Positions 31,958 through 43,193 of a stretch of DNA of 64,000 bases are shown piece after piece. Position 1 is the stretch's first letter; each line of letters begins with the position of its first letter. A model generated the notes under the pieces. That model did no database searches. It had not been told where the DNA came from and saw nothing but the letters and a program-made list of their open reading frames with translations. The DNA is from Candidatus Limnocylindrales bacterium (GTDB lineage: Bacteria > Chloroflexota > Limnocylindria > Limnocylindrales > CSP1-4), in contig DASYSM010000158.1 in NCBI GenBank assembly GCA_036003325.1, positions 14,828 to 78,827 on the forward strand, read 5' to 3'. The position numbers and the translations under genes are program-made.

Positions 31958-32680
31958 TCAGGCGCCAACGCGAAGGCGATCCGCCAGTCGCGGTGGCAGG
32001 CCGGCTGCCCGCATCGACGCGCCGACGGCCTCGAAGTCGTAGGCGACCCGTCCCCAGGTCGCGGCCCCGGCCTCCAGGTCGAGGACGAGGTAGCTGGCAC
32101 GTGGGTCGTGGTCGCGAGGCTGGCCCACCGATCCCGGGTTGAGCAGCATCCGGCCCTCGCCGAGGGCGACCATGTTGCCTGCGCGCGGCGCCAGCGTCCG
32201 CATCCGGCCGTCGACCATCGTGAACGCGATGGGGACATGGGTATGTCCGTGGAGACCGTGCTCGGTGGAGATGGCCGACAGGCCGGCGCGCGCCAGGGCG
32301 GGGGACGTCACGTACTCCCAGATGGGGTCGCGGGGGCTGCCGTGGACGAGCGTGAATGACGACTCCATGCGGCGGAGCGGGAGAGCGGCGAGCCAATCCC
32401 GGGTCGCCGTCGAGATGGACTCGCGGGTCCACTCCATCGCGGCCTTCGCGTCCGGGTTGAACCAGTCGATCTCGGATCCGCCTGCGGCCGCCGCATCGTG
32501 GTTGCCGCGGACGCCGATCGCGCCGATCTCGCCCAGCCGGGCGACCACGGCGTCGGGCTCCGGCCCATAGCCGACCACGTCGCCGAGGTGCCAGACCGCG
32601 TCCACCGGGCCGGCAGCGGCGAGCACGGCATCGAGGGCTACGAGGTTGCTGTGGATGTCGGAGAGCACCGCGATGCGCAC
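31958..32680 (-). CDS. Calcineurin-like metallophosphoesterase
   Basis: GTG start VRIAVLSDIHSN. Motifs DxH…GDxxD…GNHD…H present (LGDVVGYG, RGNHD). Confidence 0.7.
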   Translation of the reverse strand: MRIAVLSDIHSNLVALDAVLAAAGPVDAVWHLGDVVGYGPEPDAVVARLGEIGAIGVRGNHDAAAAGGSEIDWFNPDAKAAMEWTRESISTATRDWLAALPLRRMESSFTLVHGSPRDPIWEYVTSPALARAGLSAISTEHGLHGHTHVPIAFTMVDGRMRTLAPRAGNMVALGEGRMLLNPGSVGQPRDHDPRASYLVLDLEAGAATWGRVAYDFEAVGASMRAAGLPPRLADRLRVGA

Positions 32681-32705
32681 GCGGACCAATCTAGCAGTGC
32701 GCCGG

Positions 32706-33479
32706 TCACCACGGCCGGCGCCGGCGCAGCCCCGGGTCGCGCGGATAGCCGGACGGGACGCGCCCGCGCGCGGTCGCGATGACGAGTCGGTGGCCATCGA
32801 GCCCAGCCACGTCGACCGATCGGACGACGAGCGAACCGCCACCGAGCGCGGCGATCGCCCGGTCAGCGGCGGCCATCTCGGCCGTGATGTCGCCACGCTT
32901 CCAGGCGATGAGGCAGCCGCCCGGAGCCAGCAGCGGGAACGCCAGCTCGACCAGGTCGGCCAGCCCGGCCACGGCGCGGGCGGTCACGGCCGGCCATCGT
33001 CCGCGGTGGCGCGGATCCGCAGCGAGCGCCTCGGCCCGGACCGCGGCCGCCTCGACCACCGGCTCGAGTCCCGTGGCGGCGGCCACCGTGGACAGGAACC
33101 CGGCCTTCTTGGCGATCGGCTCGAGCAGCAGCGATCGCTCGGCCGGGATGACCGCAGCGAGCGGTAGCCCTGGGTAGCCGCCGCCCGAGCCGAGATCCAC
33201 GAACCGGCTGACGCCGCGCTCGCGCATCGGTCCGACTGCGCTCAGGCTGTCGATGACGTGGGCCGTCGCGACCGCCGCCGGGTCCCGGATCGCCGTCAGG
33301 TTGATCGCGCTGGTCCAGGCCAGGAGCAGGCGGGCGTGACCGTCGATGGCGGCGCGCGCGGCCGGGGTCAGTCGGAGGGACAGGGCCGTCAGGCCGGCAT
33401 CGAGCGCGGCGGCGTATGCCGGCGGCAGGTCGGGGGTGGTCTCGACGCGCGTCGGGAGCGGCTCGCGTGGTCGGTCCAC
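32706..33479 (-). CDS. rsmG: 16S rRNA (guanine527-N7)-methyltransferase RsmG (GidB)
   Basis: GTG start after an AGGAGG ribosome-binding site. SAM-binding motif VDLGSGGGYPGLPLA. RsmG length (~258 aa). Confidence 0.75.
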   Translation of the reverse strand: MDRPREPLPTRVETTPDLPPAYAAALDAGLTALSLRLTPAARAAIDGHARLLLAWTSAINLTAIRDPAAVATAHVIDSLSAVGPMRERGVSRFVDLGSGGGYPGLPLAAVIPAERSLLLEPIAKKAGFLSTVAAATGLEPVVEAAAVRAEALAADPRHRGRWPAVTARAVAGLADLVELAFPLLAPGGCLIAWKRGDITAEMAAADRAIAALGGGSLVVRSVDVAGLDGHRLVIATARGRVPSGYPRDPGLRRRRPW

Positions 33480-33770
33480 GACACGCCTCCTGTGGATCCG
33501 CGTGCCATGCCGCCTCGCGGCGCCGCTCCCGGCGTCGGGATCGTCTCGCACCGCAGGCTCGGCTTCGGTCTTCCGCCGCCCATCCGGTTCGTGGCCGGGT
33601 CTCCCCGAACCCCTCGTGGACCGCGTTACCCTTGCGTCAGCCCCAGTGCGGATGCCGGACGGTAGAGGTCCGAGCCCAGGCGCGTCAACGGGTTTTTCCA
33701 CCAAACGCCGCGACGCGGCCCGATTCGTGGATAACCAGACGTGCCTCCACCGTGCCGTCGGGCCGATCGC

Positions 33771-34127
33771 TCAGGTGGAGCGACCGGTCGTGCGGACGGG
33801 CCGGCCGAGCGTCCGGCGAACGACGTCGATGACCTCGTCGATGTACTCGTCCGCCTTGCCCTGCTCGGCCGCCGTTCGCACGCAGCCGCTGACGTGGTCC
33901 TCGAGGACCATGATCGACAGCGAATCGACGGCTGCTCGCAGGGCGGCAGTCTGCTGGAGGATGTCGACGCAGTACTCCTCGCGCTCGATCATCCGGGCGA
34001 TGCCGCGGACCTGGCCCTCCATCCGCGACAGACGGCGGACGAGCTGCGCCTTGTCCTTGGAATAGGCGTGGCGGAAGTGGCTCGGGTCGGGTGGCGGCGT
34101 CGCGCGCCGCTCCTCGGTCGGGCTCAT
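33771..34127 (-). CDS. csoR: CsoR/RcnR-family metal-sensing transcriptional repressor
   Basis: 118 aa beginning MSPTEERR… Has the CsoR four-helix-bundle signature with Cu ligands (C…H…C: EEYCVDILQQ … HVSGC). The remainder of ORF 33771..34709 is low-complexity. Confidence 0.8.
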   Translation of the reverse strand: MSPTEERRATPPPDPSHFRHAYSKDKAQLVRRLSRMEGQVRGIARMIEREEYCVDILQQTAALRAAVDSLSIMVLEDHVSGCVRTAAEQGKADEYIDEVIDVVRRTLGRPVRTTGRST

Positions 34128-34254
34128 CGGCGGTCCGGATCCTCGTCTCGTCGGCGCCTGGGTCGGAGCCGGTCCCGGACATGATACCCCCTGGGGGTAT
34201 ACGCGACCCGCTCGCCGACCCGCGTGGGCCCGCGCTCCGCTAGACTGGCCGCCG

Positions 34255-34626
34255 ATGGGCCCCAGCGATCGTCCTCGTCTGCTCCCCGACGGCGCCGCGT
34301 GCACCGCCTGCGGCGCCCCCGTCCCGACAGGACGGATCCGGATCCTGGCCCGACGCGACGACCTCGCCTTCGTCGAGCTCGCCTGCCCCGACTGTGGCAG
34401 CGCGGCGATCGGTCTCCTCGTCCCGGCCGCGTCGGGCGCCGGCAGCGCGGTCCTCGACGTGGCGGCGGACGCACCCGCCGCCGGTCCGGCGCCCGGACGC
34501 GCGCCGGCCCGGTCCATCACGGAGGCCGACGTCGCGGCCGTGCGGGCCGATCTCGCCGCGTGGGACGGCGACCTCGTGGGCTGGCTCGACGCCATCGAGC
34601 GTGGCGGCTCGACGGTGGATCGGTGA
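34255..34626 (+). CDS. Hypothetical zinc-ribbon protein (two CxxC pairs)
   Basis: 123 aa. CTAC…CPDC motifs. Stop overlaps the downstream GTG (GTGA). Confidence 0.5.
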   Translation: MGPSDRPRLLPDGAACTACGAPVPTGRIRILARRDDLAFVELACPDCGSAAIGLLVPAASGAGSAVLDVAADAPAAGPAPGRAPARSITEADVAAVRADLAAWDGDLVGWLDAIERGGSTVDR

Positions 34627-35174
34627 GCGTCCCGTTCGCGCACGCGAGCGAGGCCGAGATGTCCCGCATCCTCGACTTCTATGCTGTCCGCTGGGAGTAC
34701 GAGCCCCACACCTTCCCGATCCTGTGGAATCTCGACGGAGATGTCGTCGAGAGCTTCTCGCCGGACTTCTACCTGCCCGACCTCGACATGTATCTCGAGA
34801 TGACGACCCTGCGCCAGAAGCTCGTCCGCAAGAAGAACCGCAAGCTGCGCCGTCTCCGCGAGCTGTATCCGGAGCTCAACGTCAAGCTGTTCTACGCCCG
34901 CGACTTCCGAGCGCTGATGCTCAAGTACGGCAAGCTCGCACTGGCGGCGGGGCTGTCCGGGACGTCCGGCCAGGTCGCCGAGCCGTATGGCGTGGCACCC
35001 GACATCGAGGCCGTCGGGTCCGCGCTGGGCGCCGAGGCCGCTGCCCTCGTCGGAGCCACACCCGATGCCGGTATCGTCCGGACCGATCCGGCCGCCGGTC
35101 GCGTCCCGGCCCGTCGTCGACGCGCGACGCCGACCGCCGGGACCGGCCTGAAAGGACCTGCCACACCCGCATGA
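34623..35174 (+). CDS. Hypothetical protein (DUF), translationally coupled to the zinc-ribbon gene
   Basis: 183-aa ORF in frame with ORF 34224..35174. Good codon usage, conserved-looking N-terminal half and an alanine-rich C-terminal tail. Confidence 0.45.
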   Translation: MSVPFAHASEAEMSRILDFYAVRWEYEPHTFPILWNLDGDVVESFSPDFYLPDLDMYLEMTTLRQKLVRKKNRKLRRLRELYPELNVKLFYARDFRALMLKYGKLALAAGLSGTSGQVAEPYGVAPDIEAVGSALGAEAAALVGATPDAGIVRTDPAAGRVPARRRRATPTAGTGLKGPATPA

Positions 35175-35752
35175 ACGATCTGACCAGCCTGACCAGCCTG
35201 CACGACGACGTCGCCGAGATCCTGCTGACCGAATCCGAGATCGCCGCCAAGGTCAACGAGCTCGGTGCGCGGATCAGCGCCGACTACGGCGGCCGACCGC
35301 TGACCCTCGTGTCCGTGCTCAAGGGCTCGCTGCCGTTCATGGCCGACCTGATGCGCGCGATCGACATCCCGATCCGGATCGACCTCATGGAGGTCAGCTC
35401 GTATGGAGGCGCCACGACCGAATCGTCGGGCCTCGTGCGCATCCTCAAGGACCTGTCGGCCAGCATCGCGGGCGAGGACGTCCTGATCGTCGAGGACATC
35501 ATCGACACCGGCCTGACCCTCAACTATCTGATCCGTTACCTGCGTGGCAAGGGCCCGGCCTCGCTCCGGATCTGCACGCTGCTCGACAAGCCGGCTCGCC
35601 GCCTGGTGGAGATCCCGGTCGACTACACCGGCTTCACCATCCCCGACCAGTTCGTGGTCGGCTATGGGCTCGACTACGGCGAGCACTATCGCAACCTGCG
35701 GTACGTGGGAGTGCTCAAGCCCGAGGTGTACTCCGGCGTCCCCGGCGAATGA
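35171..35752 (+). CDS. hpt: Hypoxanthine-guanine phosphoribosyltransferase
   Basis: PRTase motif VLIVEDIIDTGLTL. 193 aa. ATG start overlaps the upstream stop. Confidence 0.85.
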   Translation: MNDLTSLTSLHDDVAEILLTESEIAAKVNELGARISADYGGRPLTLVSVLKGSLPFMADLMRAIDIPIRIDLMEVSSYGGATTESSGLVRILKDLSASIAGEDVLIVEDIIDTGLTLNYLIRYLRGKGPASLRICTLLDKPARRLVEIPVDYTGFTIPDQFVVGYGLDYGEHYRNLRYVGVLKPEVYSGVPGE

Positions 35753-36192
35753 CGATGCACCGCCGGCCGCTCGGCCGGGGCCGGACGCTGGCGGCCGTCG
35801 GCGGGGCGCTGATGGTCGTCGGGTGCGTCCTGCCGTGGTGGAAGGTGGGCGGCACGCCCGGGATCCCGCCGATCTCGGGGGACGGCATGGCCGGCACCGG
35901 GATCCTGGTCTTCCTCGTCGGGATCGCGAGCCTGGCCCTGGTCGCGCTGCCGTACGCCGCGGGCGACCGCCCGGTCGGGCTCGATCGCTGGCTGTCGTTC
36001 GCGATCCTCGCGGTCGCCGGATGGATCGGCTTCGGCCTGCGGCTGGCCGAGCTCGCGACCGTCGGCGCCTTCCAGTTCAGCACGCCCGCCGAGGTGATCA
36101 CGAACGGGCCCGGGCTGTGGGTGGCCGCGATCGGGCTGGTCGTGCTGTCGCGGGCCGCCTGGACGATGACCCGCGAGCCGATCTACCGCTGA
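35749..36192 (+). CDS. Hypothetical membrane protein
   Basis: 147 aa with 4 predicted TM helices. ATGA overlap with the hpt stop. Confidence 0.5.
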   Translation: MTMHRRPLGRGRTLAAVGGALMVVGCVLPWWKVGGTPGIPPISGDGMAGTGILVFLVGIASLALVALPYAAGDRPVGLDRWLSFAILAVAGWIGFGLRLAELATVGAFQFSTPAEVITNGPGLWVAAIGLVVLSRAAWTMTREPIYR

Positions 36193-36208
36193 GCCGGTCG
36201 GGCGCGAC

Positions 36209-37006
36209 CTAGGGCAGGGCGCGGATCATCCCGCCATCGACCGGGACGATCGCACCGGTGATATAGGAGGCCGCCGGGGACAGCAGGAAGGCGGCCAGCC
36301 TGCCGAGCTCGAGCGGATCGCCGTATCGCCCCAGCGGGATCCGGTCCATGGTCTGGCGCCGGATCTCCTCGATCGACACACCCGTCGCACGCGACCGAGC
36401 CAGGTCGATGGTGGCGATCCGGTCGGTCGCCAGCCGGCCCGGGGCGATCCCGTTGATCCGGACCGGGACGATCTCCTCGACGAGCGATTTGATCAGCCCG
36501 GCCAGCCCGGGCCGCAGCACGTTCGACGTCGCCAGCCCGGGGATGGGCTCGCGCGCCGAGCTCGACAGGATCACCAGGATGGCCGGGTCGCGTCCCTCGC
36601 GCAGGTGCGGCAGCCCGGCGCGCAGGAGCCGGAGCGAACTCCACAGGGTGCCGTCGATGGCGGCCTGCCAGGCTGTCTCGTCGAGCTCGTCGAAGCGACC
36701 GGGCGGAGGTCCGCCGGAGTTGACGACCAGCAGGTCCAGGCCGCCGAGCGCCGCGACCGCGGTGGCGACGGCCGTGGCCGGACCGTCGGGCGTCGACAGG
36801 TCGGCGGGGACGGCCGTCGCGCCGAGCCGCGCCGCGGCGTCATCGAGCCGGGGGCTCGGCCGGGCGACAAGGCAGACCTGCGCGCCCTCCGCGCTCAGCA
36901 CCTGCGCGATCGCACCGCCGAGGCCGCCGCTGCCACCCCCGACGAGCGCACGGGCATGGCTGAGTCCGAGATCCATCGGTACATCGTACGAGCCTGACGC
37001 CGGCAC
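36209..37006 (-). CDS. SDR-family oxidoreductase
   Basis: Rossmann TGxxxGxG-like motif (LVGGGSGGLGGAI), NNAG-like motif (VVNSGG). Catalytic YxxxK not identified by eye. Confidence 0.75.
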   Translation of the reverse strand: MPASGSYDVPMDLGLSHARALVGGGSGGLGGAIAQVLSAEGAQVCLVARPSPRLDDAAARLGATAVPADLSTPDGPATAVATAVAALGGLDLLVVNSGGPPPGRFDELDETAWQAAIDGTLWSSLRLLRAGLPHLREGRDPAILVILSSSAREPIPGLATSNVLRPGLAGLIKSLVEEIVPVRINGIAPGRLATDRIATIDLARSRATGVSIEEIRRQTMDRIPLGRYGDPLELGRLAAFLLSPAASYITGAIVPVDGGMIRALP

Positions 37007-37024
37007 CGGCCGGCAGATGCGCGG

Positions 37025-37828
37025 TCAGGGCGCGGGGTCGGCCGCCGCCCCCGAGGGGTCGGGACTCGTCGTCGGGCTCAGTGAGCCCCCCGGGACCGCC
37101 GGATCTGCCGGCCCGTCGATGACGATCTCGACGGTCCGGGTGACCGCCCCCGGATCGATGCCCAGCTCGAGCTGGTAGGTGCCTGGCGGCCACGGCTGCA
37201 TCGCGTCGGGTCCGCCCTCCGGGCCGTACCCGATGATCGTGAAGTGGTCGGGCCACGGCGATGTCCCGATGACGGCGTGGACCGTCGTCGCCCGGCCGTC
37301 GTCGCCGATCAGCCGCAGGCTCTCCACCCGCACGGTGAACCCGAGCGGGGAGTTGATGCCCAGGAGGTCGAGATCGCTGGCCAACGGGATGCGGATGGTC
37401 GGCCACACGGCAGGGACCGTCCGGTCGGCGTGACCGCCCGCAGGCGACGCGACCGGGATGGCCGTGGTCGCCGGCGTGGGGTTGGCGCTCGACCCGGGAT
37501 CCGGGACAGCCGGCCGTTCGAGATCGATGCGCATCGCGAACGTGAACGAGGCGAGGTTGCCGGCCGGCCACATCTCCCAGCGTGGTGGCGGCTGGTTGGT
37601 CCCGAACGACAGGAAGTCGTACAGCCGCGGCCGCGCGGTGGCCGGCGGGGTCGCGACGGGGCTGGCGATCGGGCTGGCGGCCGCGACCGGCGCCGGAGCC
37701 GGGCGGACCGACGCACCCCACGGCTTGACGATCGCGACGACGACCGCGACGACGACCAGCGCGATCAGGCGTCCGATGTGCCGTCCGAACGGTGAGGAGG
37801 GACCGGTGACCTTGCGGAGCTCGGTCAT
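37025..37828 (-). CDS. Hypothetical secreted/membrane-anchored protein
   Basis: 267 aa with an N-terminal TM/signal anchor and a Pro/Ala-rich linker. Confidence 0.5.
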   Translation of the reverse strand: MTELRKVTGPSSPFGRHIGRLIALVVVAVVVAIVKPWGASVRPAPAPVAAASPIASPVATPPATARPRLYDFLSFGTNQPPPRWEMWPAGNLASFTFAMRIDLERPAVPDPGSSANPTPATTAIPVASPAGGHADRTVPAVWPTIRIPLASDLDLLGINSPLGFTVRVESLRLIGDDGRATTVHAVIGTSPWPDHFTIIGYGPEGGPDAMQPWPPGTYQLELGIDPGAVTRTVEIVIDGPADPAVPGGSLSPTTSPDPSGAAADPAP

Positions 37829-37840
37829 GGGCGGCCCGGG

Positions 37841-38557
37841 TCAGTCGCCCCCGAGGTAGGCCGCGCGCACGGCCGGGTTCTTGGCGAGGGCCGCGGCGTC
37901 GTCCGACAGGACGATCTCGCCGGTCTGCAGGATGTAGCCCCGGTTCGCGATGGCCAGGGCCATCAGCGCGTTCTGCTCGACCAGGAGCACGGTCGTCCCC
38001 TGCGCGTTGATCTCCTTGATGATGTCGAAGATCTGCTCGACCAGGATCGGGGCGAGGCCCATCGACGGTTCGTCGAGCAGGAGCAGCTTCGGCTCGGACA
38101 TCAGCGCGCGGCCGATGGCCAGCATCTGCTGCTCGCCACCCGACAGCGTGCCGGCCTTCTGGGTCTCACGCTCCTTGAGCCGGGGGAACAGCCCGTAGAC
38201 ACGCACGAAGTCGGCCTGGACGGCCGCCTTGTCCTTGCGCGAGAACGCTCCCATCTCGAGGTTCTCGTGGACCGACATGCGGCTGAAGACGCGCCGGCCC
38301 TCAGGCGACTGGCAGACACCGAGCTCGACGATCTCGTGCGGACGCCGGTGGTCGATCCGCTCGCCGCGGAGCTTGATCTGGCCCTGGCGGGATCGGAGCT
38401 GGCCCGAGATGGTTCGCAGGGTCGTCGACTTGCCCGCGCCGTTGGAGCCGATGAGCGTCACGATCTCGCCCTCGTCGACCGAGAGCGACACGCCGCGCAG
38501 GGCGTGGATCGCGCCGTAGTAGGTGTGGACGTCGTCGAGTTCGAGCAGTGCCGCCAT
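37841..38557 (-). CDS. livF: Branched-chain amino acid ABC transporter ATP-binding protein (LivF-like)
   Basis: Walker A GSNGAGKST, signature LSGGEQQ, Walker B LLLLDEPS. Confidence 0.9.
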   Translation of the reverse strand: MAALLELDDVHTYYGAIHALRGVSLSVDEGEIVTLIGSNGAGKSTTLRTISGQLRSRQGQIKLRGERIDHRRPHEIVELGVCQSPEGRRVFSRMSVHENLEMGAFSRKDKAAVQADFVRVYGLFPRLKERETQKAGTLSGGEQQMLAIGRALMSEPKLLLLDEPSMGLAPILVEQIFDIIKEINAQGTTVLLVEQNALMALAIANRGYILQTGEIVLSDDAAALAKNPAVRAAYLGGD

Positions 38558-38560
38558 CGA

Positions 38561-39408
38561 TCAGGCCTCCGCCGCGCCGCGGCCAAGATACGCCTCGATG
38601 ACCCTCGGGTTCGCGCGGACCTCGGCCGGCGCGCCTTCGGCGATGACCTCGCCATGGTCGAGCACCGTGACGCGGTCGCTGATGCCCATCACCACCCGCA
38701 TGTCGTGCTCGATGAGCAGGACGGTCAGCCCGAGGTCCCCCCGCAGGCGCTGGATGAAGTCGGTCATCTGGCGCGTCTCGCTGCTGTTCATGCCGGCCGT
38801 CGGCTCGTCGAGCAGCAGCAGCTTTGGACGGGTGGCGAGCGCCCGCGCGATCTCCAGCCGGCGCTGGTCGCCATCGGGCAGGTTGCGTGCCCAGGTCTCG
38901 GCCCGCCGGTCGAGCTCGACCAGCTTGAGCAGGCCCATGCACTCCTCGATCGTCTTCTTCTCCTCGCGCAGCATCGACGGCGTGCGCACGACCGAGTCCC
39001 ACCAGTGGCTCTTGAGATGGACGTTGATGCCGACCTTCACGTTGTCGAGCGCCGACATCGTGCCGAACAGCCGGATGTTCTGGAACGTCCGGCCGATGCC
39101 CAGCGCCGTCACCTCGTGCGGCTTGAGCGACTTCGCCTTCTTCCCCTTCATGGTCACGATCCGGTGGCCGTCGAAGGTGATGTCGCCGCTGGTCGGGACG
39201 TAGTAGCCGGTGATCATGTTGAAGAAGGTCGTCTTGCCGGCGCCGTTGGGTCCGATGAGCGAGACGATCGACCCGCGCGGGATGTCGAAGTCGACGTTGT
39301 TGACCGCCAGCAGACCGCCGAACCGCTTGGTCACCGCCCGCGACTTGACCAGCAGGGCCGAGTCATGCATCGCCCCGGTGTCGATGTCGGCCGGCAGCTC
39401 GAGCATGC

Positions 39409-39412
<4 letters not shown>
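38561..39412 (-). CDS. livG: Branched-chain amino acid ABC transporter ATP-binding protein (LivG-like)
   Basis: Walker A GPNGAGKTT. LivG-type C-terminus. 4 nt from livF. Confidence 0.9.
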
Positions 39413-40793
<1,381 letters not shown>

Positions 40794-40797
<4 letters not shown>

Positions 40798-41741
40798 GCT
40801 CGATCCGCCAGCTGCTGGCCGAGGAGGCCCGTCGGACGGAAGACCAGGATCGCGATCAGGACGCCGAACACGATGGCCTGCGTCCAGTTCGGCGACAGGT
40901 AGCGGTCGCTCAAGGCATTGACCTCGCCGATGACCAGCGCCCCGAGGACGGCGCCCTGGAGGTTGCCGATCCCGCCGAGGACGGCCGCGGTGAACGAGTT
41001 GAGCCCGAACCGGAAGCCCAGGGTGTAGACCGTGTAGTTGTTATACAGCAGCTGGGCGACACCGGCCGCGCCGGCCAATCCGCCGCCGATCAGGAAGGTG
41101 ATGGCGATCGTGCGGTTGACGTCGACGCCCATCAGCCCGGCCGTGTCGGGGTCCTGCGCCGTGGCCCGCATCGCGCGGCCCTGGCGCGTCCGGTTGACGA
41201 ACAGGGTCAGCGCGATGAGCAGCGGGATGGTGACCACCGCCACGAACAGCTGGGCCGGGGTGACGACGATGGCGGTGATGCCGAACGGCTCGAGCATATT
41301 GGTCGCCGGGAAGACGCTGTCGATGGTGCGCTGGTAGGCGCCGCCCCAGACCAGGCCGATGTTCTGGAGGACATAGCTCATGCCGATGGCCGAGATGAGC
41401 GGCGCCAGCTTGGGCGCGTTGCGCAACGGTCGATAGGCGACCCGCTCGATGGTCACATTGAGCAGCGCGGTCATCGCCATGCAGATCGCCAGCACCGCCA
41501 GGATCTCGGCGACCTTGAGCGGGAAGGCCATGCCTTCGTCGATGGGGAACACCGCCCAGCCGCCGCTCGACGCCGGGGCCACCAGGAAGAACGCCAGCAT
41601 CGAACCCAGCATGAACACGTCGCCATGGGCGAAGTTGATGAGCTCGATGATGCCGTAGACCAGGGTGTAGCCGAGCGCGACGAGCGCGAAGATCAGGCCG
41701 TTCGCGAGGCCGATGATCAGAACCTGGATGAGTTGGTCCAT
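40794..41741 (-). CDS. livH: Branched-chain amino acid ABC transporter permease (LivH-like)
   Basis: 315 aa, LivH-type permease. Confidence 0.9.
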
Positions 41742-41806
41742 GCGGCTGGTGGATCCTCAGAGTGACGACACGAGGAACGAGTGCGCGGATGGGCCAGATG
41801 TGCGTC

Positions 41807-41828
41807 GGGGCGGGCCGTGGCCCGCCCC
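41807..41828 (-). terminator. GC-rich perfect hairpin (GGGGCGGGCC-GT-GGCCCGCCCC) between the SBP gene and livH; attenuator or mRNA-stabiliser candidate
   Basis: 10-bp perfect stem in the 120-bp gap downstream of the substrate-binding protein gene. No U-tract, as usual in high-GC genomes. Confidence 0.4.
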
Positions 41829-41861
41829 GACTCTTGCCGCCTGCGGATCAGGCGGACTGCA

Positions 41862-43193
41862 CTACTTGGACTGGGTGATGACGCCCTTGAACTCGGGCGG
41901 CCACGAGGTACCGACCTGGTAGCTCGAGATGACGCCACCCTTGGCGTCGCCGTTCGCGTCGAAGGTCATCGCGCCGACGACGGTGTCGAGGCCGCTGGTG
42001 CCCATGACCGCCTGGAGGACCGCGAGGCGGTCGTTCGTGGCGGCCTTGGTCAGCGCCGCGAGGACGACCTGCGCGGCTGCCTTGGCGTAGGTGGTGTAGA
42101 ACGGCGGCTGGGTCCCGTTGTGGTCGGCCGTGTACTGGTCGGCCCAGGCCTTGCCGCTGCCCTGCAGCTGGCTGATGTCGACCCCACCGAAGGTGAGGTA
42201 GGTGCCGTTGCCGGCAGCCCCGGTGCCGTCATACCACGACTTCTCGTTGACGCCGTCCGGGCCGAACATCTGGATGTTCGGGAGGGCGGCCTTGATGTCC
42301 TTCCAGAGCTTCGGCGTGCCCTGCCCGGTGATCGCACCGACGAACACGACGTCCGCGCCGGAGTCCTTGATCTTCTGGGCGAGCGCGGCGAAGTCGGTCG
42401 CCTTCGGGTCATAGCTCTCGGACGAGCCGTTCGCGCTGACCACGGTGCCGCCGATCTTGCCGAAGTGGAGCGCCCACGCGCGACCGATGCCCTGACCATA
42501 GGTCTGGCCGTCGTCGATGACATAGGCCTTCTTGAAGCCGAGCGACAGGGCCCATTCGGACGACGCGCCGCCCTGGGTGTCGTCGGTGCTGATCACGCGA
42601 GAGTAGTTGCGATAGCCGCCCGGGAAGTACGAATCGGGCTCGCCCTGGGCGGTGACGCCGTCGACCGCATGGGTCAGGCCCGGATACGTGTTGGCCGGGC
42701 TGATCATCACCAGGCAGGCCGCATTGAGGATCGGGATCGACAGCTTCGCGGCGCCCGAGTTGTAGGTGCCGATGTAGACCATCGCGTCCGGATCGTTGGC
42801 CGCCGTGTTGGCGTTCGAGGTCTCGACGGTGCCGTCCCAGTCGCCGTTGTTGGCGGCCGAGGAGTCATCGAGGCTGGTGTACTTGATGGTGAAGTTGCCG
42901 ACCTTCTGCCCGTCGAGGGTGGCCTTGATCTGCTCGACCATGGCCGTCGTCTGCGGGGTGTTGGTGCCACCGAGCGGCAGGCTCGAGTAGACGTGGATCT
43001 CGGTCGAGCTGCTGCCCTTCTTGTTCTTGCAGGCGGCGGCGCTGGCGGCATCGCCAGTCGTGCCACCCGTGGCGCCGGTGCTGCCGCCGCTGGCCGCGGC
43101 GCTCGGAGCCGTCGAGGCCCCGCCGCCGGAGCTGCACGCCGCGAATGCCAAGACGCTGATGGCCGCGAGCGCGCTGACCTTGTGCAGTTTCAT
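41862..43193 (-). CDS. ABC transporter substrate-binding lipoprotein (branched-chain amino acid / LivK-type family)
   Basis: Signal peptide plus lipobox (LAFAACSS). Periplasmic-binding-protein type I fold. First gene of the liv operon. Confidence 0.85.
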   Translation of the reverse strand: MKLHKVSALAAISVLAFAACSSGGGASTAPSAAASGGSTGATGGTTGDAASAAACKNKKGSSSTEIHVYSSLPLGGTNTPQTTAMVEQIKATLDGQKVGNFTIKYTSLDDSSAANNGDWDGTVETSNANTAANDPDAMVYIGTYNSGAAKLSIPILNAACLVMISPANTYPGLTHAVDGVTAQGEPDSYFPGGYRNYSRVISTDDTQGGASSEWALSLGFKKAYVIDDGQTYGQGIGRAWALHFGKIGGTVVSANGSSESYDPKATDFAALAQKIKDSGADVVFVGAITGQGTPKLWKDIKAALPNIQMFGPDGVNEKSWYDGTGAAGNGTYLTFGGVDISQLQGSGKAWADQYTADHNGTQPPFYTTYAKAAAQVVLAALTKAATNDRLAVLQAVMGTSGLDTVVGAMTFDANGDAKGGVISSYQVGTSWPPEFKGVITQSK

